DNA of 64,000 nucleotides from Candidatus Buchananbacteria bacterium CG10_big_fil_rev_8_21_14_0_10_33_19 (GCA_002773855.1 PEZY01000012.1:233565-297564); one strand, 5' to 3'. Positions 21,214 to 30,571 are shown, counted from the first letter of the stretch. Translations and numbers: made by a program. Notes: generated by a model not told the origin, from the sequence alone.

Positions 21214-22065
21214 ATGTTAAATGAAGAAAATAACAATTTTACCGATAAAGAAATTAAATTTAGTTATTGGTATGTAACTCATAAATTACTTTTAAGAAAT
21301 ATTTTTATTATTTTTCTGGGAGTAGTTGGCTTTTTGATTTGGTTTTATGTTGTTTGGCAATTGGTATTTTGGGGACTTAGTTATAGTATTGAGAATAATC
21401 AACTTAGAAAACTGGTTTTTGGTGGTAATTTGGCTTTGTCGGCTATTAATCAATTAAAACCAAAAACATTACAAGTTGGCGATCCAATAGCTTTAATTGG
21501 TGAAGCTAGTAGAAATGATTATTTTGCAGAAATTACCAACAATAATAATGACTGGTTAGCAACCTTTGATTACGTGTTTAATAGTGGTGAATCAGCAATA
21601 GTGTATAAGGGATTTTCATTGCCCTTAGAAAAAAAATATCTAATGAGTCTGGGCATAGCTGACAATGTTTCTGACTTAAATATTACTAATATTAAATGGC
21701 AAAGAGTACCAAATGCTAAAAATATTTATGCAGAAAGATATCAATTTAAGATTGAAAATAATAATTTTATTGCTAGTACTAAGGCAGATGAACCGGGTGT
21801 TTTGAATTTTGATATTGTAAATAATTCCGCTTTTAATTATTGGCAGGTTGGTGTTCAAGTATTTTTGTATAGTGGTGGTAAGGTGGTTTCGGTAAATTAT
21901 TTGATTTTAGAACAGTTAAAGACCGGGGAAAGGCGAAATATTCAATTAAATTGGAATAATAAGTTACCTCGAATTAGTAGTATGGATATTATTCCAGAAG
22001 TTAATGTTTTTGACGCTGATAATATAATGCCTCAATCAGCACCAATTGATTTTCCTATTACTTAG
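21214..22065 (+). CDS. Membrane-anchored hypothetical protein with beta-rich extracellular domains
   Basis: N-terminal TM followed by two Ig-like beta-rich segments. Confidence 0.75.
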   Translation: MLNEENNNFTDKEIKFSYWYVTHKLLLRNIFIIFLGVVGFLIWFYVVWQLVFWGLSYSIENNQLRKLVFGGNLALSAINQLKPKTLQVGDPIALIGEASRNDYFAEITNNNNDWLATFDYVFNSGESAIVYKGFSLPLEKKYLMSLGIADNVSDLNITNIKWQRVPNAKNIYAERYQFKIENNNFIASTKADEPGVLNFDIVNNSAFNYWQVGVQVFLYSGGKVVSVNYLILEQLKTGERRNIQLNWNNKLPRISSMDIIPEVNVFDADNIMPQSAPIDFPIT

Positions 22066-22074
22066 TAAGCTGTT

Positions 22075-22935
22075 ATGAAAAAAGTATTATCTATATTTTC
22101 CTTTAAATTATTTTTAATTATTGCTTTATTTTTTTTCTTAGTTTTTATTTATGCTAAATTAGGTTTTAATCATTGGCCCCTGGTAGAAGCTATTGATCGG
22201 CCGGTCTTAGAATCTGGTTGGAGTCAGCCAGTATCAGTGGGGATAAATACCGCTAGTTGGGAAAGTGGAGCCTATATATCTAGTGATGGTAATACTATTT
22301 ATTATTCTTTTTATCCTGGTAATCTAGTAAAAGATAGGGCCGATGGTAAAATTAAAACCGATTTGAATATTTATTATAGTGAAAAGCCTTTTAATAAATC
22401 TAAAGTACATACTCTATCAGAAGCTAAGTGGTTTGAGAACGGGGTAATGGTGGTTGGTAGTGATTTTTATTATGCCTCTGATCGTAATCACTTAGGTATT
22501 AATGACATTTATAAAAATGGTAGTTTGATAATTAATACGCCAAATCAATCTGAAAAAGATCCACATTATTGTGCTACCAGAGATGAATTATATTTTGATG
22601 TTGGGGGCGTAATTTATTATTTAACAGATAATCAGACAGTGGCTCTGACGGCAGCAGTTAATAATGGTGGTCAGAATATTCAGCCATTTTTAACCAAAGA
22701 CTGTGAACAACTTTATTTTGTGTCTAACAGGGGAGATGGTATTCATAAAATATTAAGGTCTAGCAGACTATCTAATAATTTATGGGGCGAGCCAGAACTG
22801 GTAGTGTCTAGTAAATATGGCGTAGAGAGTCCATCGCTCACTGATGATAATAAAACTTTATTTTTTGTTCAGATTTTAAAATCAGCTAAGGACGAATTGA
22901 ATGCGGATATATTGTATGTTATCAGAGAGGAATAA
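22075..22935 (+). CDS. Secreted/anchored TolB/PD40-like beta-propeller protein
   Basis: ISSDGNTIYY, QPFLTKDCEQLYFVSNR and SPSLTDDNKTLFF repeats; N-terminal TM. Confidence 0.78.
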   Translation: MKKVLSIFSFKLFLIIALFFFLVFIYAKLGFNHWPLVEAIDRPVLESGWSQPVSVGINTASWESGAYISSDGNTIYYSFYPGNLVKDRADGKIKTDLNIYYSEKPFNKSKVHTLSEAKWFENGVMVVGSDFYYASDRNHLGINDIYKNGSLIINTPNQSEKDPHYCATRDELYFDVGGVIYYLTDNQTVALTAAVNNGGQNIQPFLTKDCEQLYFVSNRGDGIHKILRSSRLSNNLWGEPELVVSSKYGVESPSLTDDNKTLFFVQILKSAKDELNADILYVIREE

Positions 22936-23013
22936 TTAATTTTAAAGTTAATTATTAAAAAAAGCGTGAATATTTCACACTTTTGTGTTTTGGTTGTTAA
23001 TATTTAAATTTTT

Positions 23014-23098
23014 TTGACAAAATATACTTTAATTACTATTCTTAATTGATAAATAGTACATTTTAACTAGTTAATCAGGGAAAACAGGAGGTTTGATA
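23014..23098 (+). promoter_or_regulatory. Cassette leader: promoter + boxA-like motif + SD
   Basis: TTGACA 23014-N17-TATTCT; AGTACATTTTAA 23055-23066; AGGAGG 7 nt before ATG 23099. Confidence 0.65.
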
Positions 23099-23365
23099 AT
23101 GGCCGTGGAAAATTGGGTAGCCTTTTATTTTGATGGCAATCAAGCCTGGGGATTTATTAATTCACCACAGGATTGGTTGGATAAGATTATTATTCCTTAT
23201 GAAAGAGAATCTAGCACAGATATGTTGCTAAGGGCTTGTCGAGGACCAAATAACCGGAAGAATGCTCCATTTTTTGGTTTTGTGGTAGAATGTAAGGGTA
23301 TTAGTTTGGGGCAGTGGGCCAAAGAAAATGGTATGAATTTACCATTGACTAGTTCTAAAACATAG
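23099..23365 (+). CDS. Hypothetical protein (orphan cassette)
   Basis: 88-aa ORF from ATG 23099 with a perfect SD; terminator at 23380-23414. Confidence 0.75.
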   Translation: MAVENWVAFYFDGNQAWGFINSPQDWLDKIIIPYERESSTDMLLRACRGPNNRKNAPFFGFVVECKGISLGQWAKENGMNLPLTSSKT

Positions 23366-23379
23366 ATAAAATATAACTT

Positions 23380-23414
23380 AACCGCTGGATAGTGTAATGC
23401 TACGGCGGTTTTTT
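23380..23414 (+). terminator. Intrinsic terminator
   Basis: AACCGCTG...CGGCGGTT followed by a T-run. Confidence 0.7.
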
Positions 23415-23432
23415 GTTGGTCTAGTAATAGTC

Positions 23433-23492
23433 TTGACAGGATACGATAATGGAGTTATATTGTAATTAGCACTCTACCTTACTGAGTGCCAA
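23433..23492 (+). promoter_or_regulatory. Heat-shock operon promoter with CIRCE operator
   Basis: TTGACA-N17-TATATT, then TTAGCACTC-N9-GAGTGCCAA (23466-23492; 1 mismatch to CIRCE) directly upstream of hrcA. Confidence 0.92.
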
Positions 23493-23505
23493 ATAAGGTA
23501 GACCA

Positions 23506-24198
23506 ATGAACTCTAATGAAAGACAAAGTAATTTATTAAAAATAGTTATAGAAGAGTATGTGGATTCGGCGAGTCCGGTTGCTTCTAGTCTTATTGTTAG
23601 TAAATACTTTAAAGATCTAAGCTCAGCTACTATCAGAAATGATATGGCCGAATTAGAAAAGCAGGGTTTAATTGCTCAACCGCATACTTCAGCCGGTAGA
23701 ATTCCGACTGTTTCTGGCTACCGTGAATATTTAAATGGTTTATCAACTGGCAATAATCTGACCAAAAGTGAGATGAACAAATTGGCCAGAGTAGAATCAG
23801 AAAATTTAAAAACTAGAACTAAAAATATTGCTAGAATGATTGCCAAAATTTCTGACAGCGCAGTCTTTGTAAGTTTTGGTGAGGATGAATTTTTCTATAC
23901 CGGTATTTCTAATTTGTTTAGTCAGCCAGAGTTTGCAGAAATGGATTATTTACACACCATGTCTGAGGCCATTGATCATATGGATGAAGCTATTAAATTA
24001 ATGTCTGGACAGTTAGAGGTGGGAGAAATTCAAACCTTAATTGGTCAAGATAATCCTTTTGGCTCGGTCACTTCAGTAGTTGTTTCCAAATGTGAAATAG
24101 ATGGTCAGATCAGTTTAATTGGCATCTTAGGCCCTAATCGTATGGATTATCGCAAATGCTTGGGCTTGGTGGAATACTTTAGTAAATTACTTTCATAA
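23506..24198 (+). CDS. hrcA: Heat-inducible transcription repressor HrcA (short form)
   Basis: SSATIRNDMAELE, QPHTSAGRIPT and GPNRMDY motifs; CIRCE upstream. Confidence 0.95.
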   Translation: MNSNERQSNLLKIVIEEYVDSASPVASSLIVSKYFKDLSSATIRNDMAELEKQGLIAQPHTSAGRIPTVSGYREYLNGLSTGNNLTKSEMNKLARVESENLKTRTKNIARMIAKISDSAVFVSFGEDEFFYTGISNLFSQPEFAEMDYLHTMSEAIDHMDEAIKLMSGQLEVGEIQTLIGQDNPFGSVTSVVVSKCEIDGQISLIGILGPNRMDYRKCLGLVEYFSKLLS

Positions 24199-24221
24199 AA
24201 AGAATAATAAAATATATTTAC

Positions 24222-24716
24222 ATGAGCGAAGAAAAAGATTTAGAGGTTGGAGATATTCAATCTCTACATGATGAATTAGAGACTACAAAAATTAAAGCAG
24301 CTGAAAATTTAGCTGGCTGGCAAAGAGCTCAAGCTGATTATGCTAATTTTAAAAAAGAAACCGAAGATAGACGCAAAGACGTAGTAGAATTTGCCAACGC
24401 GGCCTTTATGTCGGAGGTTTTACCGATTTATAATAATTTCAAATTAGCCTTAGGACATATTCCAGAGGATCAGTTGAAATTGGATTGGGTAATTGGCTTG
24501 GAACATATTAAAAAACAATTTCAAGAATTTTTGAAAAAATATAAGATTGAAGAAATAAAAACTGTGGGTGAAAAGTTTAATCATAATTGTCATGAGGCAG
24601 TAGCCCATGAAGATAATGACAAGTACGAAAGTGATATGGTTTTTGCTGAAGTTCAACCGGGCTATACTTTGAATGGTAAAATTTTAATGCCAGCTAAAGT
24701 GAAAGTGAGTAAATAA
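24222..24716 (+). CDS. grpE: Nucleotide exchange factor GrpE
   Basis: RAQADYANFKK, HEAV and GYTLNGKILMPAKVKV motifs. Confidence 0.95.
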   Translation: MSEEKDLEVGDIQSLHDELETTKIKAAENLAGWQRAQADYANFKKETEDRRKDVVEFANAAFMSEVLPIYNNFKLALGHIPEDQLKLDWVIGLEHIKKQFQEFLKKYKIEEIKTVGEKFNHNCHEAVAHEDNDKYESDMVFAEVQPGYTLNGKILMPAKVKVSK

Positions 24717-24762
24717 AATTATTATAAAGATAATATAAACATAAAAAATAAATTATAAAAAT

Positions 24763-26691
24763 ATGGGAAAGATTTTAGGTATCGACTTAGGTACAACTAA
24801 TAGTGCTATGGCTATTATGGAGGGCGGACAGCCAAAAATTTTAGAGAACAGCGAAGGGGCTAGAACTACACCTTCAATGATTGCAGCAACTAAATCGGGA
24901 GAGAGATTGGTTGGTGTATCGGCTAAAAGACAGGCTGTGACTAATCCGGCCAACACTTTATTTTCTGTTAAAAGATTAATTGGTCGTAAATGGTCTGATG
25001 AGGATGTTCAAAAAGATTTAAAATCTTTGTCTTTTGAGGTTAAAAAATCAGGCGATGGTTTAAAGGTGGTAATGGGTGATAAAGAATACAGTCCTCAGGA
25101 AATTTCAGCGATGGTTTTACAGAAATTAAAAGCTGATGCCGAGGCTAAAACTGGTGAAACAATTACCGAAGCGGTGATCACCGTGCCAGCTTACTTTGAT
25201 GATAGTCAAAGACAGGCCACTAAGGACGCTGGTGAAATTGCTGGCTTGAATGTCAGACGAATTATTAACGAGCCAACTGCGGCGGCTTTAGCCTATGGTT
25301 TTGAAAAGAAAAAAGGTCAACAAATTGCCGTCTATGACTTGGGTGGCGGTACTTTTGATATTTCTATTTTGGATGTAGCGGCTGATACAGTCGAAGTAAA
25401 GTCGACTAATGGTGATACTCATTTAGGCGGTGATGATTTTGATCAGGCGATTATGAATTATATTTTAGATGAATTTAAAAAGCAAGAAGGTGTAGATTTA
25501 TCTAAAGATCAAACATCTTTACAACGAGTCAAAGAAGCAGCGGAAAAAGTAAAAATAGAACTTTCTACTCAAATGGAGTCAGAAATTAATCAACCATTTA
25601 TTACTCAAGGTGCTGATGGTTCACCTAAACATTTAACCATGAGAATTACTAGATCACAGTTGGAAGGTTTGGTAGGTGATTTGGTGGAAAGAACTTTTGA
25701 ACCAGTTAAAAAATCTTTAGCTGATGCTGGTCTATCAACTACTGACATTGAGGAAATTATTTTAGTTGGTGGTATGACCAGAATGCCTTTGGTGCAGAAA
25801 AAAGTTGAAGAATTTTTTGGCAAAAAACCAAATGTCAGTGTTAATCCAGATGAGGTGGTGGCTTTAGGTGCCGCTGTTCAGGCTGGTGTCTTACAAGGTG
25901 ATGTTAAAGATGTGTTACTACTAGATGTTACCCCATTAACTTTGGGTATTGAAACTATGGGCAGTGTTTCTACTCCACTTATCGAAAGAAACACCACTAT
26001 CCCAACATCTAAATCACAAATCTTTTCTACTGCCGCTGATAATCAACCAGGTGTAGAAATTCATGTTTTGCAAGGTGAACGACCAATGGCTTCTGACAAT
26101 AAATCACTGGGTAAATTTATGTTAGATGGTATTCCGCCAGCCCCAAGAGGTGTGCCACAAATTGAAGTAACATTTGATATTGATGCTAATGGTATTTTGA
26201 ATGTTAAGGCGCTAGACAAGGCCTCTGGACGAGAACAAAAAATAACTATTACTGCTTCTAGTGGTTTATCTAAAGAAGAAATTGAAAAAATGAAGAATGA
26301 CGCTGAAGCTCACGCTGATGAAGATAAGGCTAAAAAAGAAGTGATTGATTTAAAAAATCAAGCCGAAAGTTTAATATTTACTACCGAAAAAACTTTAAAA
26401 GATGCTGGTGATAAGGTTGATGCAGAGACTAGAAAATTGGTAATGGATAAAGTAGAAGATCTTAAAAAAGCTAAGGATGGTACTGATAAAGATTTAATCC
26501 AAAAGACTTATGATGCTCTGTCAGAAGAAATTCAAAAAGTAGGTACTAAAATGTATGAGCAACCACCAGCAGCTGGTGGCGAGTCACAAGCTGATAGTTC
26601 AACAGAAAATAAAACTGAAGGTGAAGCTAAAACAGAAGAACCAGTCGAAGGTGAATTTGAGGAAGTAAAAAAAGAAGAAGAGCAAAAATAA
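24763..26691 (+). CDS. dnaK: Chaperone DnaK
   Basis: [23 protein letters not shown] and NPDEVVA motifs. Confidence 0.98.
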   Translation: MGKILGIDLGTTNSAMAIMEGGQPKILENSEGARTTPSMIAATKSGERLVGVSAKRQAVTNPANTLFSVKRLIGRKWSDEDVQKDLKSLSFEVKKSGDGLKVVMGDKEYSPQEISAMVLQKLKADAEAKTGETITEAVITVPAYFDDSQRQATKDAGEIAGLNVRRIINEPTAAALAYGFEKKKGQQIAVYDLGGGTFDISILDVAADTVEVKSTNGDTHLGGDDFDQAIMNYILDEFKKQEGVDLSKDQTSLQRVKEAAEKVKIELSTQMESEINQPFITQGADGSPKHLTMRITRSQLEGLVGDLVERTFEPVKKSLADAGLSTTDIEEIILVGGMTRMPLVQKKVEEFFGKKPNVSVNPDEVVALGAAVQAGVLQGDVKDVLLLDVTPLTLGIETMGSVSTPLIERNTTIPTSKSQIFSTAADNQPGVEIHVLQGERPMASDNKSLGKFMLDGIPPAPRGVPQIEVTFDIDANGILNVKALDKASGREQKITITASSGLSKEEIEKMKNDAEAHADEDKAKKEVIDLKNQAESLIFTTEKTLKDAGDKVDAETRKLVMDKVEDLKKAKDGTDKDLIQKTYDALSEEIQKVGTKMYEQPPAAGGESQADSSTENKTEGEAKTEEPVEGEFEEVKKEEEQK

Positions 26692-26747
26692 TATTTTTGT
26701 AATCAGCTCCCATTTGGGAGTTGGTATAAGGATGTTAGTTAGACAAT

Positions 26748-26773
26748 AAAAAAGCCACATCTTTCGATATGGC
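26748..26773 (-). terminator. Minus-strand terminator downstream of the 25-aa ORF
   Basis: Minus strand GCCATATC-GAAA-GATGTGGC-TTTTTT. Confidence 0.7.
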
Positions 26774-26796
26774 AAAATAATCTATTTTTGATTAGT

Positions 26797-26874
26797 TTAA
26801 TTTCGATTAGTAATAATTATCAGCAATAGTCCAATTGTAAAGCCTATTATAATGTCTATTTCCCTGTCCTCCAT
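26797..26874 (-). CDS. Putative 25-aa single-TM small protein MEDREIDIIIGFTIGLLLIIITNRN
   Basis: Below the ORF-track cutoff; minus-strand TTGACA-N17-TATAAA (26918-26890) upstream and a correctly oriented terminator downstream. Confidence 0.4.
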   Translation of the reverse strand: MEDREIDIIIGFTIGLLLIIITNRN

Positions 26875-26877
26875 GGT

Positions 26878-26906
26878 TTGACTAAATCATTTATAACATG
26901 TATAAT
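26878..26906 (+). promoter_or_regulatory. sigma70 promoter for the DUF3467 gene
   Basis: TTGACT-N17-TATAAT. Confidence 0.65.
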
Positions 26907-26947
26907 CAAATTTGTCAATATAATTAATTTTAAAGTAATATAGTAGT

Positions 26948-27247
26948 ATGGAAAATGAACAACAACCAACGGCTAATAATCAACAACAAATTCAAATCAA
27001 AGACGGCTTTGCTGGTGGTGAATATGCCAATGGAATGCAAGTAACCCATACTAAAGAAGAATTTTTAATCACCTTTTTGAATATTATCCCGCCTAGCGGC
27101 CGAGTGACTGGTAAAATAATTTCTAGTCCGGGGCATATCAAGCGAATGATCAGTGCTTTGGCTGATAATTTGAAAAAGTATGAAGAAAAATTTGGACCAG
27201 TAGAAACAGCAGAGAGCCCCAAGGATAAAATTGGTTTTCAAGCTTAG
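26948..27247 (+). CDS. DUF3467-family protein
   Basis: GEYAN...HTKEEFLITF...SPGHIKRM...NLKKYEEKFG pattern. Confidence 0.85.
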   Translation: MENEQQPTANNQQQIQIKDGFAGGEYANGMQVTHTKEEFLITFLNIIPPSGRVTGKIISSPGHIKRMISALADNLKKYEEKFGPVETAESPKDKIGFQA

Positions 27248-27258
27248 TAGGATTTAAG

Positions 27259-27288
27259 AGCACATTATAAACAACAGAGGAAATAACC
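27259..27288 (+). promoter_or_regulatory. boxA-like motif + SD without a separate promoter
   Basis: AGCACATTATAA 27259-27270; AGAGGA 7 nt before ATG 27289. Confidence 0.5.
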
Positions 27289-27705
27289 ATGGGATTTGTA
27301 CTTAAGCCTGAGCAAATTTTTGGTGACGCTGGTACTTCTTCGAAACACAAGACTTTTAAATTATTAGAATTATCTTTGGCTGAAGCTGATGCTTTTCAAG
27401 ATAATTGGTTAAGTCGAATTAAATTTAATTGCGGTTTAGAGAAGACAGAATTAACCGCTAGAGATTTAATTGTGGGTAGAATTTTTATTGTTATTTATGA
27501 CTCTGGTAAAATTGATCGATTTGAAATTATAAAAAATCGGAAGTTAAAATTTTTTTTGAAAAAAGACGAATATTTGGTTTGTGATTTTACCGGTGATTTA
27601 TTTATTGGTGGTCGTGTTATTTTGGAAGAGTTTAACCCCAGAAAAGAAAGTCGATTGAGAATGCCCAAAGGCAGAATTAAAAGAATAATTTTGATTTATA
27701 ATTAG
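27289..27705 (+). CDS. Hypothetical protein (orphan cassette)
   Basis: 138-aa ORF with SD; terminator-like hairpin at 27720-27749. Confidence 0.72.
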   Translation: MGFVLKPEQIFGDAGTSSKHKTFKLLELSLAEADAFQDNWLSRIKFNCGLEKTELTARDLIVGRIFIVIYDSGKIDRFEIIKNRKLKFFLKKDEYLVCDFTGDLFIGGRVILEEFNPRKESRLRMPKGRIKRIILIYN

Positions 27706-27776
27706 AAATTAGATGACACAAATGGGAGTTACAATTGCTCTCATTTTTTATAAAAAATATTGAATAAATATATAAA

Positions 27777-28862
27777 ATGGCAAAAGATTATTACGAAACC
27801 TTGGGAGTTAAAAAAAATGCCTCTCAAGATGAGATTAAAAAAGCTTTTAGAAAATTAGCTCACGAACATCACCCAGACAAAGAGAGTGGCAATAATGATA
27901 AGTTTAAAGAAATAAACGAAGCTTATCAGACTGTTGGTAATGAGCAAAAAAGAAAACAGTATGATCAGTTTGGGGCAGCCGGTGGTGCTGGTGGCGCTAA
28001 CTATCAGGATTTTGCTCGGTCACAGGGCGGTAATCCTTTTGGTGGCTTTTCTCAGGGTGGTGTGAATTTTGATTTTGGTGATATGGGTGATTTGGGTGAT
28101 GTTTTTGGTAGCTTTTTTGGTGGTGGTAGATCTGAAAGTAGACAGGCTCGAGGCGCTGATATTGAAACCGAATTAAATATTTCTTTTGAGGAATCAGTGT
28201 TTGGAGTGGAAAAAGATATTCAGTTGTCCAAAAAAATAACTTGTCATCATTGTCAAGGTAATGGGGCTGAGCCTGGTTCTAAGATTAGTGATTGTGTTAA
28301 TTGTCATGGTACTGGTAAAATATCTTCGGTTCAACAAACAATTTTGGGCGCTTTTCAATCACAGCGCATATGTCCAACTTGCCAAGGTGATGGTAAAAAG
28401 TATGATAAGAAATGTAAGGTGTGTAGTGGGGCTGGTGTAGAATATGGTAGCGAAAAAATGAAGGTAGTGATCCCTGCTGGTATTGAGAACGGTCAGCAGA
28501 TTAGATTATCAGGTAAAGGTGAGGCTAATCCAAAGGGCGTGGCTGGCGATTTGTATATTAATATTCGAGTTGCTAAAAATCCAAAGTTTCAACGAGTGGG
28601 CGATGATATTAAAAGTGATTATCATATTTCTGTTAACCAAGCGATCTTTGGCGATAAGATAGAGGTGGAAACAGTTGACGGCCTAGTGACTCTAAAGATT
28701 CCTGCTGGTACTCAAAGCCATACAACATTTAAATTGGCGGATAAGGGTGTGCCTCATTTGCGGTCGCGGGGCCGCGGTGATCAGTATGTCTTGGTAATTG
28801 TTGATATCCCTAAAAATTTAAATCGCCAGCAAAGAAAGTTGTTAGAAGAAATTAGTATTTAA
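27777..28862 (+). CDS. dnaJ: Chaperone DnaJ
   Basis: HPD motif, G/F region and four CxxCxGxG repeats. Confidence 0.98.
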   Translation: MAKDYYETLGVKKNASQDEIKKAFRKLAHEHHPDKESGNNDKFKEINEAYQTVGNEQKRKQYDQFGAAGGAGGANYQDFARSQGGNPFGGFSQGGVNFDFGDMGDLGDVFGSFFGGGRSESRQARGADIETELNISFEESVFGVEKDIQLSKKITCHHCQGNGAEPGSKISDCVNCHGTGKISSVQQTILGAFQSQRICPTCQGDGKKYDKKCKVCSGAGVEYGSEKMKVVIPAGIENGQQIRLSGKGEANPKGVAGDLYINIRVAKNPKFQRVGDDIKSDYHISVNQAIFGDKIEVETVDGLVTLKIPAGTQSHTTFKLADKGVPHLRSRGRGDQYVLVIVDIPKNLNRQQRKLLEEISI

Positions 28863-28864
28863 AT

Positions 28865-29410
28865 ATGTATTTATTAATCCTTTTAATTATTCTGATTATT
28901 ACCATTGTTACTTTGGTAATGATGTTGTCTATTGTTTGGGGGTTAATTGTAACTGGCGGCGTGCCTTTTATTTCGACTAATAAAAAAGATTTTCAGGCGA
29001 TACTAGAGGCGGTTAATTTAAAGCCCAGTGAAACTATTTATGATTTGGGTTGTGGTAAAGCTCATTTGTTAATTTATGCTAACAAGCATTTTAACAGTAA
29101 GGGGATTGGCTATGAGTTAACGCTGTGGCCATATTTGTGGGCAAAATTTAAAATTTATCTAACCAAAGCTAAAGTAAAAGTTTTTAGAACTAATTTTTTT
29201 GGCGCTAATTTGTCTGGAGCGGATGTGGTGTTTTGTTATTTGTTTCCTGAGGTGATGGCGAAATTAGAACCGAAGTTTGAAGCTGAGCTTAAAAGTGGTA
29301 GTCGGGTGGTGTCTTATGGATTTAGGTTACCTAATAAAAAAGTTAACAGGGAAGTGATAACCAATGATGATAATGTAGAGCTGGGAAAAATTTATGTTTA
29401 TGAATATTGA
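28865..29410 (+). CDS. Membrane-anchored class I SAM-dependent methyltransferase
   Basis: N-terminal TM, GVPF, YDLGCGKA, ADVVFCYL and GSRVVS motifs. Confidence 0.85.
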   Translation: MYLLILLIILIITIVTLVMMLSIVWGLIVTGGVPFISTNKKDFQAILEAVNLKPSETIYDLGCGKAHLLIYANKHFNSKGIGYELTLWPYLWAKFKIYLTKAKVKVFRTNFFGANLSGADVVFCYLFPEVMAKLEPKFEAELKSGSRVVSYGFRLPNKKVNREVITNDDNVELGKIYVYEY

Positions 29411-29448
29411 TTAAGTGTAAAATTTATTGTAGAGTGGTAATTAAATAT

Positions 29449-29573
29449 GGCCCTATCGTCTAACGGGTCGAGTGAAACGAGACGGGTGGCAATGAGCCAA
29501 GCGAAAAGCGCAGGCGAGATGCCGACGGAAGCGAGCGAGCGCAGCTTCTGGCGCCACCCTGGGGAGGACGTCG
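29449..29573 (+). pseudogene. Duplicated 5' part of tRNA-Glu interrupted by a 98-nt structured insertion in the D-loop
   Basis: GGCCCTATCGTCTAACGG (29449-29466) + insert (29467-29564) + AGGACGTCG (29565-29573); identical to tRNA nt 1-18 and 21-29; no anticodon or 3' half. Confidence 0.75.
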
Positions 29574-29600
29574 GTTGATTGGTTAAAATAAAATAAATAT

Positions 29601-29672
29601 GGCCCTATCGTCTAACGGTTAGGACGTCGCCTTCTCAAGGCAAAAATCGGGGTTCGATTCCCCGTGGGGCTA
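29601..29672 (+). tRNA. tRNA-Glu (anticodon CTC)
   Basis: Cloverleaf: acceptor GGCCCTA/TGGGGCT, anticodon arm GCC-TTCTCAA-GGC, T-arm CGGGG-TTCGATT-CCCCG; CCA not encoded (followed by CTA). Confidence 0.95.
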
Positions 29673-29676
29673 CTAG

Positions 29677-29717
29677 TAAAACAAAAGAGCGAACATAAAG
29701 TTCGCTCTTTTGTTTTA
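29677..29717. terminator. tRNA terminator
   Basis: Perfect 18-bp inverted repeat TAAAACAAAAGAGCGAAC/GTTCGCTCTTTTGTTTTA. Confidence 0.8.
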
Positions 29718-29723
29718 TAAATA

Positions 29724-29810
29724 TCCACTGGGAATCAAACCAGTAGCGAGAGAGCAAGAAGTGAGCGGGAACGCTAACGCCGAAGCGAACGACAAATGAT
29801 GCGACGGCTA
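29724..29810. repeat. GC-rich tRNA-adjacent element with an inverted T-arm-like hairpin
   Basis: Minus strand reads CTGGTTTGATTCCCAG (compare GGTTCGATTCCC); followed on + by a purine-rich GCGAG/GAAGCGA tract. Confidence 0.45.
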
Positions 29811-29868
29811 ATAAAATAAAAAACCGTCTCTATGACACTTGGTAAGTTCATAAAAGACGGAATTAATA

Positions 29869-30381
29869 TTACGGTTTGATAATATTGACTGTATGAGGAA
29901 ATTTGAAAAAGTCTTGATCATTAGGCCAATCTTCAACTTTCATCTCTCCAGATTCCAGCATTTCCATTACAAAATATAATGACGGCAAATAAACGGCTAG
30001 AGCCAAGAAAAGAATGGTGGCTTGAATATGATTATCAATATTATGAGGAGAATACGAGTGGCCACGATCGTCAACTCCAATAGAACAATCATCGCCTTCA
30101 CATTGAAAGTAGGCCCCGCTTTGTAGCCAAATAATTTTGAGGTGTTGTCTGCTATTAGTTATATGAGGCATTGCTACTGATTTAATTTTTTCAAAGATCC
30201 TGACTCTAAATTTTTCGTTGCTAGAAATATGCGGATACCACTTTTGATAATAATTATCCTGCAAGCGTGCGGCGACTAGCCAACCTCTTTCCATTTTGCT
30301 GATAACTGGCAGGTAATCTTCAAATTTGTTAAAAGCATAATTATCAACTATGGCTCGTGATATTGGATTTTTTACCATCAC
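29869..30381 (-). CDS. Hypothetical protein (orphan cassette)
   Basis: 170-aa ORF with AAGGAG SD; minus-strand terminator CCGTCT...AGACGG-T-run at about 29818-29861. Confidence 0.78.
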   Translation of the reverse strand: MMVKNPISRAIVDNYAFNKFEDYLPVISKMERGWLVAARLQDNYYQKWYPHISSNEKFRVRIFEKIKSVAMPHITNSRQHLKIIWLQSGAYFQCEGDDCSIGVDDRGHSYSPHNIDNHIQATILFLALAVYLPSLYFVMEMLESGEMKVEDWPNDQDFFKFPHTVNIIKP

Positions 30382-30449
30382 TTGGTTCTCCTTTTTAAAA
30401 GTGCGAAGTGTTTATGTGTCATTTTAATTAATTGCCATTGTTTTGTCAA
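30382..30449 (-). promoter_or_regulatory. Cassette leader: promoter + boxA-like motif + SD
   Basis: Minus strand: TTGACA-N17-TAAAAT; CGCACTTTTAAA (30405-30394) directly followed by AAGGAG. Confidence 0.68.
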
Positions 30450-30571
30450 TTGGGGTTTATTAAATGATCTCAAGCGAAAAATATCTAATTGATTCTATAT
30501 TGTTGGTAATCTCTGCTATAATAAAGAAATATATATTTAAATATATATTTAAATATTAATTTCCTAAAATC

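Noticed and set aside
29467-29564. Group I/II intron or archaeal BHB intron in tRNA
   Set aside because: Too short for a self-splicing core, no clear bulge-helix-bulge, and the interrupted copy lacks its own 3' half.
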